A stretch of 64,000 bases of DNA from Takakia lepidozioides. Lineage: Eukaryota > Plantae > Bryophyta. The notes beneath the pieces were generated by a model that saw only the letters and a list, made by a program, of their open reading frames with translations, was not told the DNA's origin and did not search any database. Position 1 is the first letter of the stretch, and each line of letters opens with the position of its first letter. Positions 21,855-35,300 of this stretch are shown here, piece after piece. The stretch spans positions 65,038,001-65,102,000 of the forward strand of contig CM060732.1 of NCBI GenBank assembly GCA_030704615.1, given 5' to 3'. A program made the translations under genes and the position numbers.

Positions 21855-24757
21855 TCAATCCCTCTTTTTAGGAGGGGAGAGATTTTTCATGAGAGCAGAT
21901 GTGACTGATACCGCTAACAATTGCACCAAAATTCCTGCCATGAACAACCATGAGTGGTAAGCCTTCAACAAGGAGCATCAAAATCCAGTATGACCAAACC
22001 TTTTCTCATTCTTCCACTAGTGCTGTTTTCTGATGGCTTCAGCAGGCATCATCTCTCGCTCATCTGTCTCTCTATTGCATTGGGTTGAATTTCCACAGGG
22101 TAAAATAAACCTCAACATATGAGCAGGATAGGCAAACCACAGTTGAATCAACATAATGTACCTATCAGCTCTTGAAGTCCTTCTAGACTGCTGGTAACCA
22201 CCCTTTGATAGTCACCAGTGACTTTGAAATACTCCCGACTGTCTTTCCACTGCTCCACACCAGTGCATCTGTCAGAGTGATGCCCAGACCATCTCTAAAG
22301 TACAAAACACAATATGTATTCTCCATGAATTATGAAGCCATGTGCACAAATCCTATATATTCTGCTTGTAGATTGAAGGGAGATGGGGTTTAAAAGGAGC
22401 ATATGAATATTCCTTAACACACATTTACAGTTGCCACACACTATGCAAACCTAGCATTCTGTGACAGTGAAACTGCCGGCCTGAAACCTGTCTTCAACAG
22501 TGCCAGGAGCAATTTTCAGAGATCTTCTTTCCTACTCTGCAACTTCATCCTCCATGGGCTTTATTTGATCTGCCAACTTCATCTTTCCTATTGCAACACA
22601 GTACCACTTTGAACATGTCCCGCACTGAATACCTATCTTTGACATACAGAGCATGGCCATCTCACAAACCCAAAACGATGATGCAACTCCCACGAAACAG
22701 CCAGAAAAGGTTTTTCTCCACACTCCATTGACAAAATTCCACCCAGGATATTTTGCTCAATCTAACAAAAGAACTAGACACATCACAGAATTGCCAAGCA
22801 TCAATACAGGTTCACCTCCAAGTCGACAGGATCAAAAGAAATTCAGGACGAGTTCTTGGAGGGATGCAATAAGAGGAATTAGGGGAGGGCATAGCAAGAA
22901 TCCTTTTAAGATTCCAGGGTTCCACACAAAATTCAATGTTAACTAGTGTCTTTGGCAGCTGATTGTTGTTTACCCTGAAGAAAACTTTACAAGCATAAAT
23001 AAATCTGTACAACCAATAAAGGAAAACATGAGTGAGCAACTAGTCAAGGTTGGAGACAATGATCCCTAGGAAACAAGAAACAAAAATCAAGATAAAAACT
23101 GGATCTATAACACCACCAACACAAGCTTAACTTGTCACAAATAAAATGACGGAGACTGAATTTCATCAAATTGGAGAAAGAAGACACGGAACCCCAACAT
23201 TATCGCCACCAGGCTTTGGTCAACAGAAATACCTGTCCAAGGAATTGGCCTGTTATGAAAGGCACAAGAGAAAGCCCAACAGCCATGGCAGTCAGGAAAA
23301 TATAGAACTTCAGCAATCTCGTGGAGCTGTCCTTCAAGCCTGCCCCACCACAGCTCCAGTTATCCAAATCAAACGACCATTATTGGGGTCTATCCTTCTG
23401 CTTGATCTGCTATATGTGCCATTCAGCTACAAGGTGTTCATGGATAATACTAACAGCTTACTCCAATTAATATATGTTGTAATCATCATATTCACAAATG
23501 CTATAAACTTCACCATAACTATGTAAACAATATCTGTAAGAATTAGACAACGAATGCTGAAGAAGAAGAACATCAGGGTTGGAAATTTATCAGTACACTT
23601 GTGTGCCAGGGCTGCCCCTCTTGCAATTCTGCTTAGCATCCTTTAAAATAAGGTTCCTTCTGACTCTTCTTTGTCCACAAACCACCTCTCACAAGAGATG
23701 CATGTCATTACCTAGTGTTCCTAACAATATAGCAGTTCCACCACACCCGCAAGAAGCCAGCAACAAATTGTTGGGTGTCACCCCCTTCAGAGCCCTCAGA
23801 CATGCAAATGTCGCTTTCAACACTTGAAACAAAGCCTGCCAAAACATCCACGAAACTCCATTCAACAGAAAACGGAAAGCTTGACATGGAGACCAGGCTG
23901 ATTGTTTTTAATTTGTAGGTTCAGATCAAAGAATGCCAAGTCCTCATCTGACTCATGCTTGCATTTCTGCAAGCTGTAGCAAGCAGACCTTGATAACAAA
24001 TTGACTCCGGAAGGTGCCCACCTGTAGATGGCACTATAAAGTAGAACATGTGTCCGGTTCTGTTTGCAGAATACAACAATAATATAGCAAGTTGCAGTTT
24101 GTTCTTACTTGAGCTAAGAGGAACTTGCGAAGGCGAACCTTCCCCTGAGCTGCCCTCTTGTATCCTGCAACTCAAATAGAATTTCATGGGGGATAATGAT
24201 TTTTATGACCTCACCACTTCACATAACTACCTCATCTGGTGGGATACACATTCGTTCTTAGTTGAAAGTGATGGAACACACAATTGAGATGGATGCAGAA
24301 ATATAGTTCATAAAATCTTAGGCTTGTAATGAAAGATCGTGCTTGGATCTCAATCCCAGTCCATGAACCTTAATGAAAGATCTCTTGCTTGCAGGTATAT
24401 CTGAGCTCGGAAAGAGAGGGCAGAGAAGAGGACAGGGAGTAATTATTGTGAGAGTTGGAAACGACAAGGGGAAACAAATTAGTGTTTTTAAGAGGTATAA
24501 CAGCAGTGACGAAGAGGAGTATCCGTGAATATAAAGGGAGGGAAAAGAAGGAGGCAAAGAGAGCCACAAGCAGTGAGTAATCTTAAAAAAACAAAGAATA
24601 ATATGACAAAGGACCAGTGGCAAGCCAGCACTTGGCGTCTGAATGCTGATTTCCAACACGAGGTAGGGTTCAAGCACACACGGTCATCGATGGTCATACG
24701 AAACGCATAGTCGGATCCATCCGTGCCCCTCGGTCGAGACCTCATGCTGGCCTCCAT
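21855..24757 (-). CDS. JAGN1: Jagunal-family ER membrane protein, 6 exons
   Basis: Exons 24757-24682, 24164-24109, 23835-23712, 23339-23233, 22249 (or 22294)-22162, 21934-21855 splice in frame: RPRGTDGSDYAFRMTIDDRYKRAAQGKVRLRKFLLAQ...RLLKFYIFLTAM...LEGLQELIGILVQLLAVSVTSALMKNLSPPKKRD*. N-terminal GTDGSD motif and C-terminal dilysine KKxx. Confidence 0.9.
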
Positions 24758-25086
24758 CCCGTCTCTCGTATACGTCTCCTTCCACAATCCTCCCTTCTCT
24801 CTGCTTGCTACAGCTTCCCACCTTTTCTCCTCCCTCTCTCTACCTCATCGCCAGGTCTCCCTTTTTCCTTCTCTATCCGCCTCCTGGTACCACCACACTT
24901 GATCTCCTCTCAATCCGCTCCAATATAAACTTGCGATGTCTCTAGCTCTGTCGCTATCTATTTCTCTGCCTCTCACCTGTGTCACTCCATCAATTTCTCC
25001 CGCTCTAATTTCCACAACTCCCAATTCAACCTCTCCTCTGTCTTCCGTGCGCACCACGCGCTCGAGCATCGTGGATGCGCTTCTTC

Positions 25087-26012
25087 ACTAGATCAATACA
25101 GATGGATGTCTGTTCAGTCGACCAACCTGGATGCGTTCACTAGAGCAATATGGATGGATGTCCGTTCAGTCGACCAACGTGGAGGCGTTTCTAGAGCAAT
25201 ATGGATAGATGTCCATTCAGTCGACCAGCGTGGAGGCGTTCGTTCACTAGAGCAATATGGATGGATGCCCGTTCAGTCGACCAACGTGGAGGCGTTTCTA
25301 GAGCAATATGGATGGATGTCCGTTCTCTCGACCAACGTGGAGGCGTTTCTTCACTAGAGCAATATGGATGGATGTCCGTGCTGTCGACCAACGTGGATGC
25401 GTTCCTTCACTAGAGCAATATGGATGGATGTCCGTTCTGTCGACCAACGTGGATGCGTGCGTTCATTAGAGCAATACGGATGGATGTCCGTTCAGTCGAC
25501 CAACCTGGATGCGTTCAATAGAGCAATACGGATGGATGTCTGTCCAGTCAACCAACCTGGATGCGTTCACTAGAGCAATACGGCTGGATGTCCGTTCAGT
25601 CGACCAACCTGGATACGTTCACTAGAGCAATATGGATGGATGTCCGTTCAGTCGACCAACGTGAATGCGTTCACTAGAGCAATATGGATGGATGTCCGTT
25701 CTGTCGACCAATGTGGATGCGTTTCTTCACTAGAGCAAATATGGATGGATGTCCGTTCTGTCGACCAACGTGGATGCGTTCCTTCACTAGAACAATATGG
25801 ATGGATGTCCGTTTTGTCGACCGACGTGGAGGCGTTTCTTCAGAGCAATATGGATGGATGTCTGTTCAATCTACCAACGTGGATGCGTTTCTTCACTAGA
25901 GCAATATGGATGGATGTCCGTTCTATCGACCAACGTGGATGCCTTCCTTCACTAGAGCAATATGGATGGATGTCCGTTCTGTCGACCGACGTGGAGGCGT
26001 TTCTTCACTAGA
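25087..26012. repeat. Minisatellite: 17 copies of a 52-56 bp unit
   Basis: Consensus cactagagcaatatggatggatgtccgttc(a/t)gtcgaccaacgtgga(t/g)gcgtt(nctt); no unique spacers. Confidence 0.95.
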
Positions 26013-26534
26013 GTAGGGTTAGTGTCTGATTCGTTGGGCTTTGTATACTTGGGGGAAGGCAGTACTCATTCAGTCGGGCAGTAGCCTGCAATGAGAAGTG
26101 GCTCTCAGATTAGGCCGGCTGCGGCTCGAGTCATCTCCCTCTCATCTCTCTCGGCCGATCGCACAGGAGGTACACACTTGTGAGCTTAATAAGAATATGC
26201 ATGTGTGAACGGTAATGCAGCGTGTTGTGTGTTTCATTTCAGTCAAACAGTCATGGGCTACTAGCTTTTACGATGCAGTAACTCAGAAATTGTTGCTTCC
26301 GAGTTCAGTGCCCCAGTGTTTTTCTATACAGATGAACACATGCATACAAATCGCATAGTCACTGCCAGTGTGTGATTCAGGCGGAAGAGAGGCAAACTAG
26401 TGCTATCACTACAACAGACATTTAGAACAAAACCCTTTGAAAACAGGGTGGAGTTCACGGAATTTCCTCTGGAGTAAACTCATGGCACTGTTGCACCACC
26501 TGCCAGATGAATGGCAAACAAGAAATCTCCACCT

Positions 26535-29500
26535 TCAGATGGTGCTCAGTCCCTCACTGGCCATCAGTTCTGACTCTTTGGTTAAGGCCTTGTTCCTAGT
26601 CTCCCGCATGGTACTCTCTACAGGTACCTTGTATTTGTATCTGTGGGCGAGGTAGAGGTAACAGATAAAGTTCAACCCACTGATAACAGCAAGAAGCCAG
26701 TAATAATAATCCATGTGACCTTTGCTGATTTCATCAGCGATCCAAGGAGTCTTTCCATTTCGTTCGGTGAGCTTCTTCACCACTGAGACAAGAACGCTAC
26801 CAAAGTAGCCGCCGAAAGCTGTAGTGGTTGCAAAAAGTGCAGTTCCAATGCTTCTCATGCTGTCAGGGGCTTGGTCGTAGAAGAATTCCAGCTGCCCAAT
26901 GGTTGCAAAAATTTCTCCGAGGCCAACCAGTGTATATTGTAAGACGAGCCAAGATGCGGCCATGGGGACAACTGCACTGGAGCTCACCGTGTTTGTATCC
27001 CATGCAATCTACACAGGTTCAAAGCATCTAGCAATCAGAATACTTGGAAAATGTATGTCCAGCAGATGATAACTCGTGATGCATAAACTTAAGATTAATC
27101 AAGGACGGATTTAAATGTTATTTGAGCAGGTTTGAATATCATCTCTGAAGAAAGGGAGAAAAAAGAATTCTGAGACTATTGATGCCAGGACAACAGTTGA
27201 CTGAAACTCCAGTTTCTTCATCAACAAGCTGCTACTATCTAGTAGTCATTGATGGCTACAGAAAATTTCTAGACAAAGTTATATATGTATGCATTAAGGG
27301 TGCAACAATCAGGATGCTAGCCCAGAAAGTTCCATTCAACATTATCCCTTGTCCAAACTAGCTTCATTGCTTGTTCTGGGGTGCCTTCCAAGCTGGAGTG
27401 TTGCCCCTCCAGCAACATGGTAGATGTTTGGAATCGATGAAAGTCTTTGTCTAATTAATGTTCATGATTATACTGCAAAAGAACAACGATCTAATCACAT
27501 CCTCATACGCCCTCTGAGGAGATCTTTTCAATCCCATAGGTATGTGTGAAAAAAAGATATGAAGTGCTCTCTCTGTCCTATGGCCTAAGTTTCACACATC
27601 TCTCTGGAGAAGTAGCGGATCATGAAATCTTACCCGGCGACGCTTCTGTTCAACGAGAGCAGCAGCCACCACAGCGGCAATAGAGATGACAAGACCTGCC
27701 CCAATTCTTTGTAGAAATGTAATGCCCCTAGGATTACCGGTGAACCTTCGAATGCATGGCACCATCACTTTGTCATAGAATGGTAAGGCAAATAAGATGA
27801 AGACTGAACCCACAACCCCTACAGAAGCTGCTGGCACAGTCAGGCTCCCTATCCTCCGATTCATAGTGACACCCTGTTGGCTCCCGAAATTGAGGAGTTG
27901 CAAAAAGACAGTGTTAAGTGGAATTGAGGTGGCCCAAATGGGAAACACGTGTGCCAGCGCTTTCAACTCCTCCACCTGACATCAGTATCAAATTTATAAT
28001 GTCAGCAACCCAAAATGTCCGGAAAGTAGGCGGCAACTCTGAGGTGAGAGTCTACTACAGTGAGTCAATTTGGAAACTTCAAGGAGCTCCACTGGCCTGT
28101 AAATGGGTTGCTCCATAGGCTTGCTGGCACTTGTGGGGTTCACACAGTTTGAAGTTGAAATTGCAGACATCCAATCATTTTCATACGAAAGAGGTCTTGG
28201 TCTGGGGCAGAACAGAGTTATCAACCTCCTTAGAGATTCTTCCTTCTGGATCTGAGTGTGGGGGACCTGGGAGATCACATATAATCTGCATTTGTGGGAC
28301 AATGGGCCCTACAATCTCCTTGTCAGCCAGCTAAAGGCATGGGCAACTATAAGACCCTGAGATCTGCAGAAGTAACCAGACAAAATTGTCCCCAAATGGA
28401 AGACAAGTTGAGTTAAGAGCTTAGGTGGTAAGCTCACACTAAGTATGAGTGCTAGGAATAAACCCCCTCTACAAACATTTGACATATGTAAATGCACTCC
28501 ATCCACTTAGTTGCTAAAAGTGCACACCTGGGTGACAGTGCATAGCCTCCAGCCACTGACTTTATCCCCAAACCCTTTCTGGCCAATTGTCTCCACAGCT
28601 GCTTTGTCAAAAAACCTGCAATGACCAAAGAATGTTCATTGAAAGGCTGGAAGAACGTAGAATGTTAATTCATGGCTGTCATATTGTAAGAATCGTTACA
28701 AGGGTGAAACAGTCTCCAGCTCCGAGTCTTCAGTACAACAGGAGACACGGCACAATTTCTGTGCCCCGTACGTGGACCAGTAAGGGCGGCCAATTTTCTG
28801 TGGTGTGCTCAAGAACTCACTGTCCGAGAAACTTCAACCAAGGCCTATCTATTATCTGCATCTGAAATTTAAGCTTTCAACAATGGAATGTCCATACATC
28901 CAGACCTGTATCATTTCAAACAGGGTCGTGGCTGAGCAATCGCCAACTCAATGGGTTCAAATGATCCATCCTTCACATATAGTTTTCTGTTCTTGAAGCT
29001 GTGGGAAACTGGAGGGCTTTCTTAAAAACCACAGTGGAAATCAACTATGATTACACATTCAAGTAGAGGATCCCATATACTTTCATCGTTCCCTTCATGT
29101 CCGGAAACTGCTAGAGAATCTTGGAAAACAAAGTCAACTAAGCAATGGACTGAAAGATGGCATACATAATCGGCACAGTGTGCACATCCAGGAGGAGGGT
29201 ATTTCATGTGAACATTGGGATGATGAAGAAAGATTGAAATGGGATTGCTCTTCTATTCCTAGAGCTCAACTGTCCAATCAATAGAAGATGCTCGGAGCCT
29301 GAACAGCAAATCAATTCAACAACAGGTGGAGATTTGGGACAAATAGGTGCAAGACCGAAAATTTTACTCTGAACAACCCTGCACTGCAACCAATACAAAA
29401 CTTATTGCAATAACTTAGCCTCTGACACACTGGGTTTGGTGTTTTCTGATGTGGCTTACCGGAGGGTCTCACTGTGAGGGAGCTTGCGGCTACCAACAAT

Positions 29501-31688
29501 GGCAGACTCTTTGTCATAGACTTCATACAGGAGACCAGCATCTGATGGGACTTCAACCCTCCAATTGCGGAATGATGCAACCAGCACTTGTGTGAGACGA
29601 GTCAGAGGACTTCCACTTGGCAATTTGTGTCGGTAATAAGGAGTACCTATAAAGAACATTATGTTGGATAGGGCCATGGCTATTGCCAGAGTCCCAAACC
29701 CCCAGCCCCAACTAATGTAGTCAGAGATGTACACCACCAAGGTGAGTGACAAGACTACACCTGTGCTTACAGTGAAGTAAAATACATTAAAGTAACCTCC
29801 AAGCTGCAGCTTCTCTTTGGGATCCTCAGGATCAAACTGGTCGGCGCCAAATGTCGAGACACAGGGTTTGATCCCGCCTGACCCCAATGCAATTGTATAG
29901 AGTGATACATATAGGAAAGCCATTTGTGATGATGTTGCCTTCTCACACTTGCCCATAAACAGGTTCATATCGTTACACATAAAAGCTGAAGGCTTACAGC
30001 CAGGTAAGCTGGCAGAGAGTGCCAATAAGATGAGGCCCTGCAGAAGTCAAAATTCCAATATCATTTCCTGCAGTGATACCTTTACATGGATGCAGCTTGC
30101 CTACCTTTGAACAATAAACAGATACAGAGAGGAAAAGAGATTGTAATTGCCCGATGAGCGTTCAGCCTAAGACGATATATATTTTCTAATACATTGTCCG
30201 GGATATTCTCCCCAGAGAGTGACTTGCTTCAGGAACATCAAGAAGATTATCCCTCCACCTCTGTTCACCAACTTTGAAAATCTTGAGGCTGAGCCTAAAG
30301 CCATGGCCCTGTTGGGATCTAAGCAGATCACACATCAGGTTGATGCTGGCTGTCTAGAGGATGTCTACCGGAGTGAGCCCCTCACAAAGGTCGTTTCTGT
30401 TCCCTTTAGTTCCGCCGCAACAGGGTGCAGGTTGTATTATGGCAAGCGTCGTCTTATGAGTACATTCTCTCTCCAACCCACTGTAGCAGTCCAAAGTGGA
30501 CTCTGGCTCAAACCAGCCAGGTCATGCCTGATAAGAGCAAATGTGCTGACAGGGGTGTATTGCAACTCAAAAAGAGAAAGGTTGAGACTCCGAAGAAAGA
30601 TGACCCCAAAACCTTAGGCCCACAACAAGGACTGTGTAATTGCCCCATGACTGACATCACAAATCTCAAACTAAATCTCCTGCTTTGAGGATATGGTGCA
30701 ATAAGGGACTCACCACTAGGTAAATTGTGGAGAAAAGACCAATAGTCCAATAGCGGCCCAGATATGAGTCGGCGAGAAAGGCTCCCAGCAAGGGTGTGAT
30801 GTTAGTAGTCCCCACGAAGTTTGTGACCAAGGTAGATGAATCTGGGAAGCTGATATGGATGCTATAAACCAAGTAAAATACCAGGTTCAGTATAATTCCA
30901 AAGTATGCCATTCTCTCTGCAGTCTCATTGCCTGCACACATACACCACTTCAGAAACTTGTGGCATTTATCCATGGTTTACATGTGTACTCAGGTTAATT
31001 TTTAACCAAAAATACTGGTGCTGTTGTACTTTAGTTCTGAGGGGTAGATAAGCCCTTTACTTTACTTGCAAACCGCCACTGTAACCCAAGTATACAAGCT
31101 CCTGTTCTCTGTGACCTACAGATACTGCCACAGATTATTGCCTGTCCAGGTCCCACAAACAAGACAAGTGCTATGGACTGGACCTGTAGCTAAGACATCC
31201 TATATAGCCGTCAAACTTTTCCCAAGCTCCCTGAGAATAGAGAATAGTACCGAGTACGGAAGGAGCCGTCCCCTTTTAGTCCCTTTAGTACAACTTAGAT
31301 TAAGAGAATGCTTTGGGTGTGATGTTTTCAGGAGCTTCACACCCAACTCTATAACAAAAGATCATGGCCCCTGGTATACTGTTCAGATTTCCAGACTACA
31401 GAACATCCAATATCCACTGAATTCTGCTTGCACGGCTCAGGGTGTCACATTACCAAAAATGAAGAGAGCTGCTCGCCAACCTCCTGTCTTGGAAGTGTCC
31501 AGTATCAGCTTGCCACGGATGTCCACAGCAGCGATTCCTATATTGTATCTGTCGTTCATGTTCGTATCTGCAGACTGCATAAGGCTAGGCTCCTTGCTTT
31601 GCGGGGCGGACCCTGCCATTCGCTTTTGAATTCCACTCGATGTTGGCGAGGGAGACGACACTGCAAGCTCAGAGGCCTTGCTTTTCAT
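26535..31688 (-). CDS. NPF6.1: NRT1/PTR family (NPF) transporter, NPF6.1-like, 6 coding exons
   Basis: Exons 31688-31454, 30931-30714, 30037-29460, 28615-28528, 27975-27634, 27008-26535 splice in frame; TGGWRAALFIFGNETAERMAYFG (ExxER), GAFLADSYLGRYWTI, GGIKPCVSTFGADQFD, GSPLTRLTQVLVA, LCTVTQVEELK, GQLEFFYDQAPDSMRSIG. Subfamily assigned from remembered motifs; start codon uncertain. Confidence 0.92.
30100..30475 (+). mobile_element. 5'-truncated non-LTR retrotransposon (LINE, RTE-X/L2-like) 3' fragment in an NPF intron
   Basis: Collinear with 62708-63145 (IKKIIPPPLFTNFENLEAEPKA vs IKRIVPVPLFTNFESLEAEPKA); both end ...tgagtacatt. Confidence 0.75.
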
Positions 31689-34600
31689 TGCCGCAGGATC
31701 CCCCCTCAATGGGACCAGCCCATTCGTGGACAGCGATGCTTCCTGCGTTTTCTCCTCGGTTGGGTTCGACTGGCCATCAGAATGTCAAGAAGAATCAGAA
31801 CTCACAATTTACTCCACTAAAAGACGCCTTTTTCTCAGAAGTCAAGAAGAAGTCTCATTCGAGAAACAAAGTAGGGAATAGATACCTGGCAGAGTGAACA
31901 AAGAGTCCATAACGTTTAGTGTCTTGTTTCCGTTCAGTTCCATGAGTCTTATTAGTGCCTTTTATAGGACAGAACAGGCCCTTAGACCCCTGATATCCAT
32001 GCAATGCGATGCAATGATGGCAACGCTCAGCTGTGCAACATGGATATATCCTTCTGCAGGGTATAGAGGCCACTGCATGAACGCGGCAGGCAAGGACAGA
32101 GACTGACAGCCCGTTGGCCACATTTGTCGCGGCCAGACTCTTCTCCTTTTAATTCAGCTAGCACATTTGAACTTTGTCGTTGAGGCGGATTATTGACAAG
32201 TTCGGCTCGACAAAAGGGCAGCATTGCTGAGCATTGCCAGAAGTCAGGCTTATACTGCGTTATTATCAGGAGAAACTAGCTGAGAGAAAAAGCTTAAAGT
32301 TAGACACCCCCAGGGATGCGACAGATGGACAAACATCTCCCACTACCTGTCCATACCCGCAACATGGAGCTGACGCACCGAGTATCATTCTGGGCTTCCT
32401 GAAAAACAAAAAGTTACTCTGGACACTCCTCTTTTCTCTCCCTAGACCTTTCGATTGTTTCATCCCCACACTACCGCACACATAACACACTCGCCCTCTA
32501 TTCTAGCTACCCAAAGTGGCACATGCACACGAAGCTCAACAAAAATCAAAGTTGGAGCTGCACCCACCATTCTGCTGCAGTCTAACCTCCACTACCCACA
32601 CGCCCGCATGGACCTGTCCACCATAGCCTTCTTCCCCGTCTGAAATCTGAGAGAGATGGTGCGGACTGTCAAGGACTAGAGCATTTAAAGCAAGAGGACC
32701 CTTCACTGCAGACCAGACGGTCCGCTTTTCACCTCAAAATATGCAGATTTCGTGGGACCTCCTTTGAACATGAAGGGAAAGAACAATTTTGCTGGCTACC
32801 TATTCTTCAAAAGTAGCCATAACCAACAATAGCACGACCCAATATATGCTTTTCTTTTTCTTTTTAAAGGGGGACTACCATCCCCCTCTACTAAAGCTCT
32901 CTTCTAAATCAGAATTGCGCAATGTTCCTCTAACCAAATGTACTCAGTGGCTACATTTGGGGGCCCACCAAATTTGTGATTGAAGTTCAGCTAAATATTG
33001 CACACAAGAAAATGCCCAAGTAAGAAAGATGCAAATGGAACACTTGGATACTTCAAGTGTGAAGCAAAGAAGATGCACAACACGGTTCGTTTAGAGTCGG
33101 TGGTAAGTAGCACATTCAAAACAATATATACAATAGCCACCATGGTAACCGGGATAAAAGGCTTGACAGGGCATTGTGAAGGCACTTTTGTTTTATATTT
33201 TTGTTGAAAAGGGGACATTTGGGAACGACAGCTCACAAATCAGGCCCCTCAATTATAGTGAGAGGACAAAATAACCTACAGTAACCTCGTAGTGCAGGCT
33301 TCCGACACCGCCGAGAAGAACATACCACAGCCATCAAGGTAGCAAAAAATGACCCCAGAGTCATCTTGGTGGCACTCAATGCACTATCCAACTGAGCGAC
33401 TAACGGTTGGGCACACTTGCATTTTCAACCCAAGTGCATGTCGTATTGAACTTCAATCATGTGCATCTACGCCATGACGGGCCCAAGAGCAAATAAAGAG
33501 AGATGACTTGACGTGCGGAGAGCATCCCCACCTTGTGGCTCACTCATCCATTGTTCACGAATTTTATTTTGAACTGTTTACTTAGTGGCATAAGAAGTGG
33601 AGAGTCTTGTTTGTAACTCTTTTAAGAAATTATGAAGGTAGATGATCCAATCTCAACAATTTTGACTCATCATGAGGGATTCGACATTCTCACCAAATGT
33701 TAATAGACCTTCACCCTCCCTGCTCGTGCTCGATATCATCGGTGCCGTTGAAAGAATAATAATTCAACGATGAAACCACATCTCAATTTTAAGACGTTGA
33801 GGTGCAAGTGAGAGTCGAGATTGTTAGTGTTTCAAGTTGATTTAAGCTTTGAGCTTTTGTCTTAGGTTTTAGATAATCATTCTTGTTATGTTTTATTGTT
33901 GTTTTGGTTTGTTGGTGGTTGCCCTTAATTATCTATGATGTCTCTCTTCACCTTGTAAACCTTGGCACATGCAAGGTTATTGTTTTCTTGTCGTTCATTG
34001 TCTCCTCCCTAAATAGAAGACTATGCTCAATTTTAATTTTATATCTAGGAATACACAAGTGTTGGGCGGATAGTACTGAGCGGATTCCAATAGAGTCATG
34101 GGGATATCAGTAGCCGGATATCAATGTATCCAGACCTGGAACCGGCAATTTTTTAGTATCCTAGTTAGAGCATCTCCAGAGGGGGGGGGTACGCCAAACA
34201 ACACTGCAACGGCAAAGGACCGCTGCCTCCAGCACTCCGCTCCCCCACCGGCAAGGAGGTGCTGGCCTCTGCAGACAAAGTATGGGCCTTGATTTTTCTT
34301 TTTTCTCTTGTGTTGGTTACCTTTAGCATTTTTGGCTGAGAGATGTTTTGTTGTTGTTTTGGGGGGTCAATTCTAAGACCGGATTCTTTGCTCACCAAAA
34401 GCAACGTTGGTACATTGGTATCCATGTTTTTCTCCATTTCCACAACTTCCTTTAAGTTTTTCTGAGCTCAGGTCCCTTCATATCCTTTTAGATCCATCAA
34501 AATATGAACCATTTTTTTGTTTTTTTATTATTCTTTTAACACCTGGAGCGACTGCTCACAAAACCATTTTCTATTGTCATATCCACTAAGATTGAGATTG

Positions 34601-34991
34601 TAAGATTAAATTTTCTGTATTTTATGATTTACTAGATATTATTGAAGTTTTATTTGCTTACAAACCTTCTAGCCCCTCATTTATCCCCTACCATTTTATG
34701 CCCAAGGTGTCCTGGAACCAAATGAGTAACGTGAGACATGGGGCCTCATCTCTTTTGTCAAATGATACACCTGATTGCATAACCAAGCAGTCTGACATCT
34801 ACACAAACTGCTTATGCAATACTCCGAAAGTAAATGGTTTTTCCTTTTGATACACATCAAGGTCCTTTTACTCATACCAGTCCACAAGGTCCTCCTTTTG
34901 CTCATATGTACCACTCCACAATGACATGCAAATCATTGGGGTATACTATCCACTACATTGAATTCACGCAATTAATGTTATAAGTTATAAC

Positions 34992-35300
34992 CAGTGTTGG
35001 GCGGTTATTTGAATTTTTTTCATAACCTGCGGTTGCGGTTGCTAAATTCTTTGTGGCTAGATATAACCTGCGGTTACGGTTTGCAAAAACCTCAAATAAC
35101 CTGCGGTTTTCATCAAATAACCGCGGGTATTGGGTGGTTCTTTAAAAGGTTCTTTGCTGGGTTATTGGAATGCTTGACCTCCGCCGATTCCTAACTGGAC
35201 CGGTTACTTTATTTTTTCACCTCAGCCAGTTATATATATATATAACCGGATATGTAACCGTCGGGTATTCCAGAGAAATTTAAATAACCGGCCAACATTG
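34992..35300. mobile_element. hAT-type MITE (309 bp)
   Basis: TIRs CAGTGTTGGGCGGTTATTT / AAATAACCGGCCAACATTG (17/19 match); perfect 8-bp TSD GTTATAAC at 34984-34991 and 35301-35308; internal TAACC/GGTTA subterminal motifs. Confidence 0.9.

Noticed and set aside
24318-24400. Alternative jagunal exon 2 (acceptor near 24400)
   Set aside because: The translation does not resemble jagunal; exon 24164-24109 gives the conserved RY...K.RLR sequence with correct phases.
25087-26012. CRISPR-like array
   Set aside because: Units are contiguous near-identical repeats with no unique spacers, there are no cas genes, and the context is eukaryotic. The repetitive ORFs over it are artefacts.
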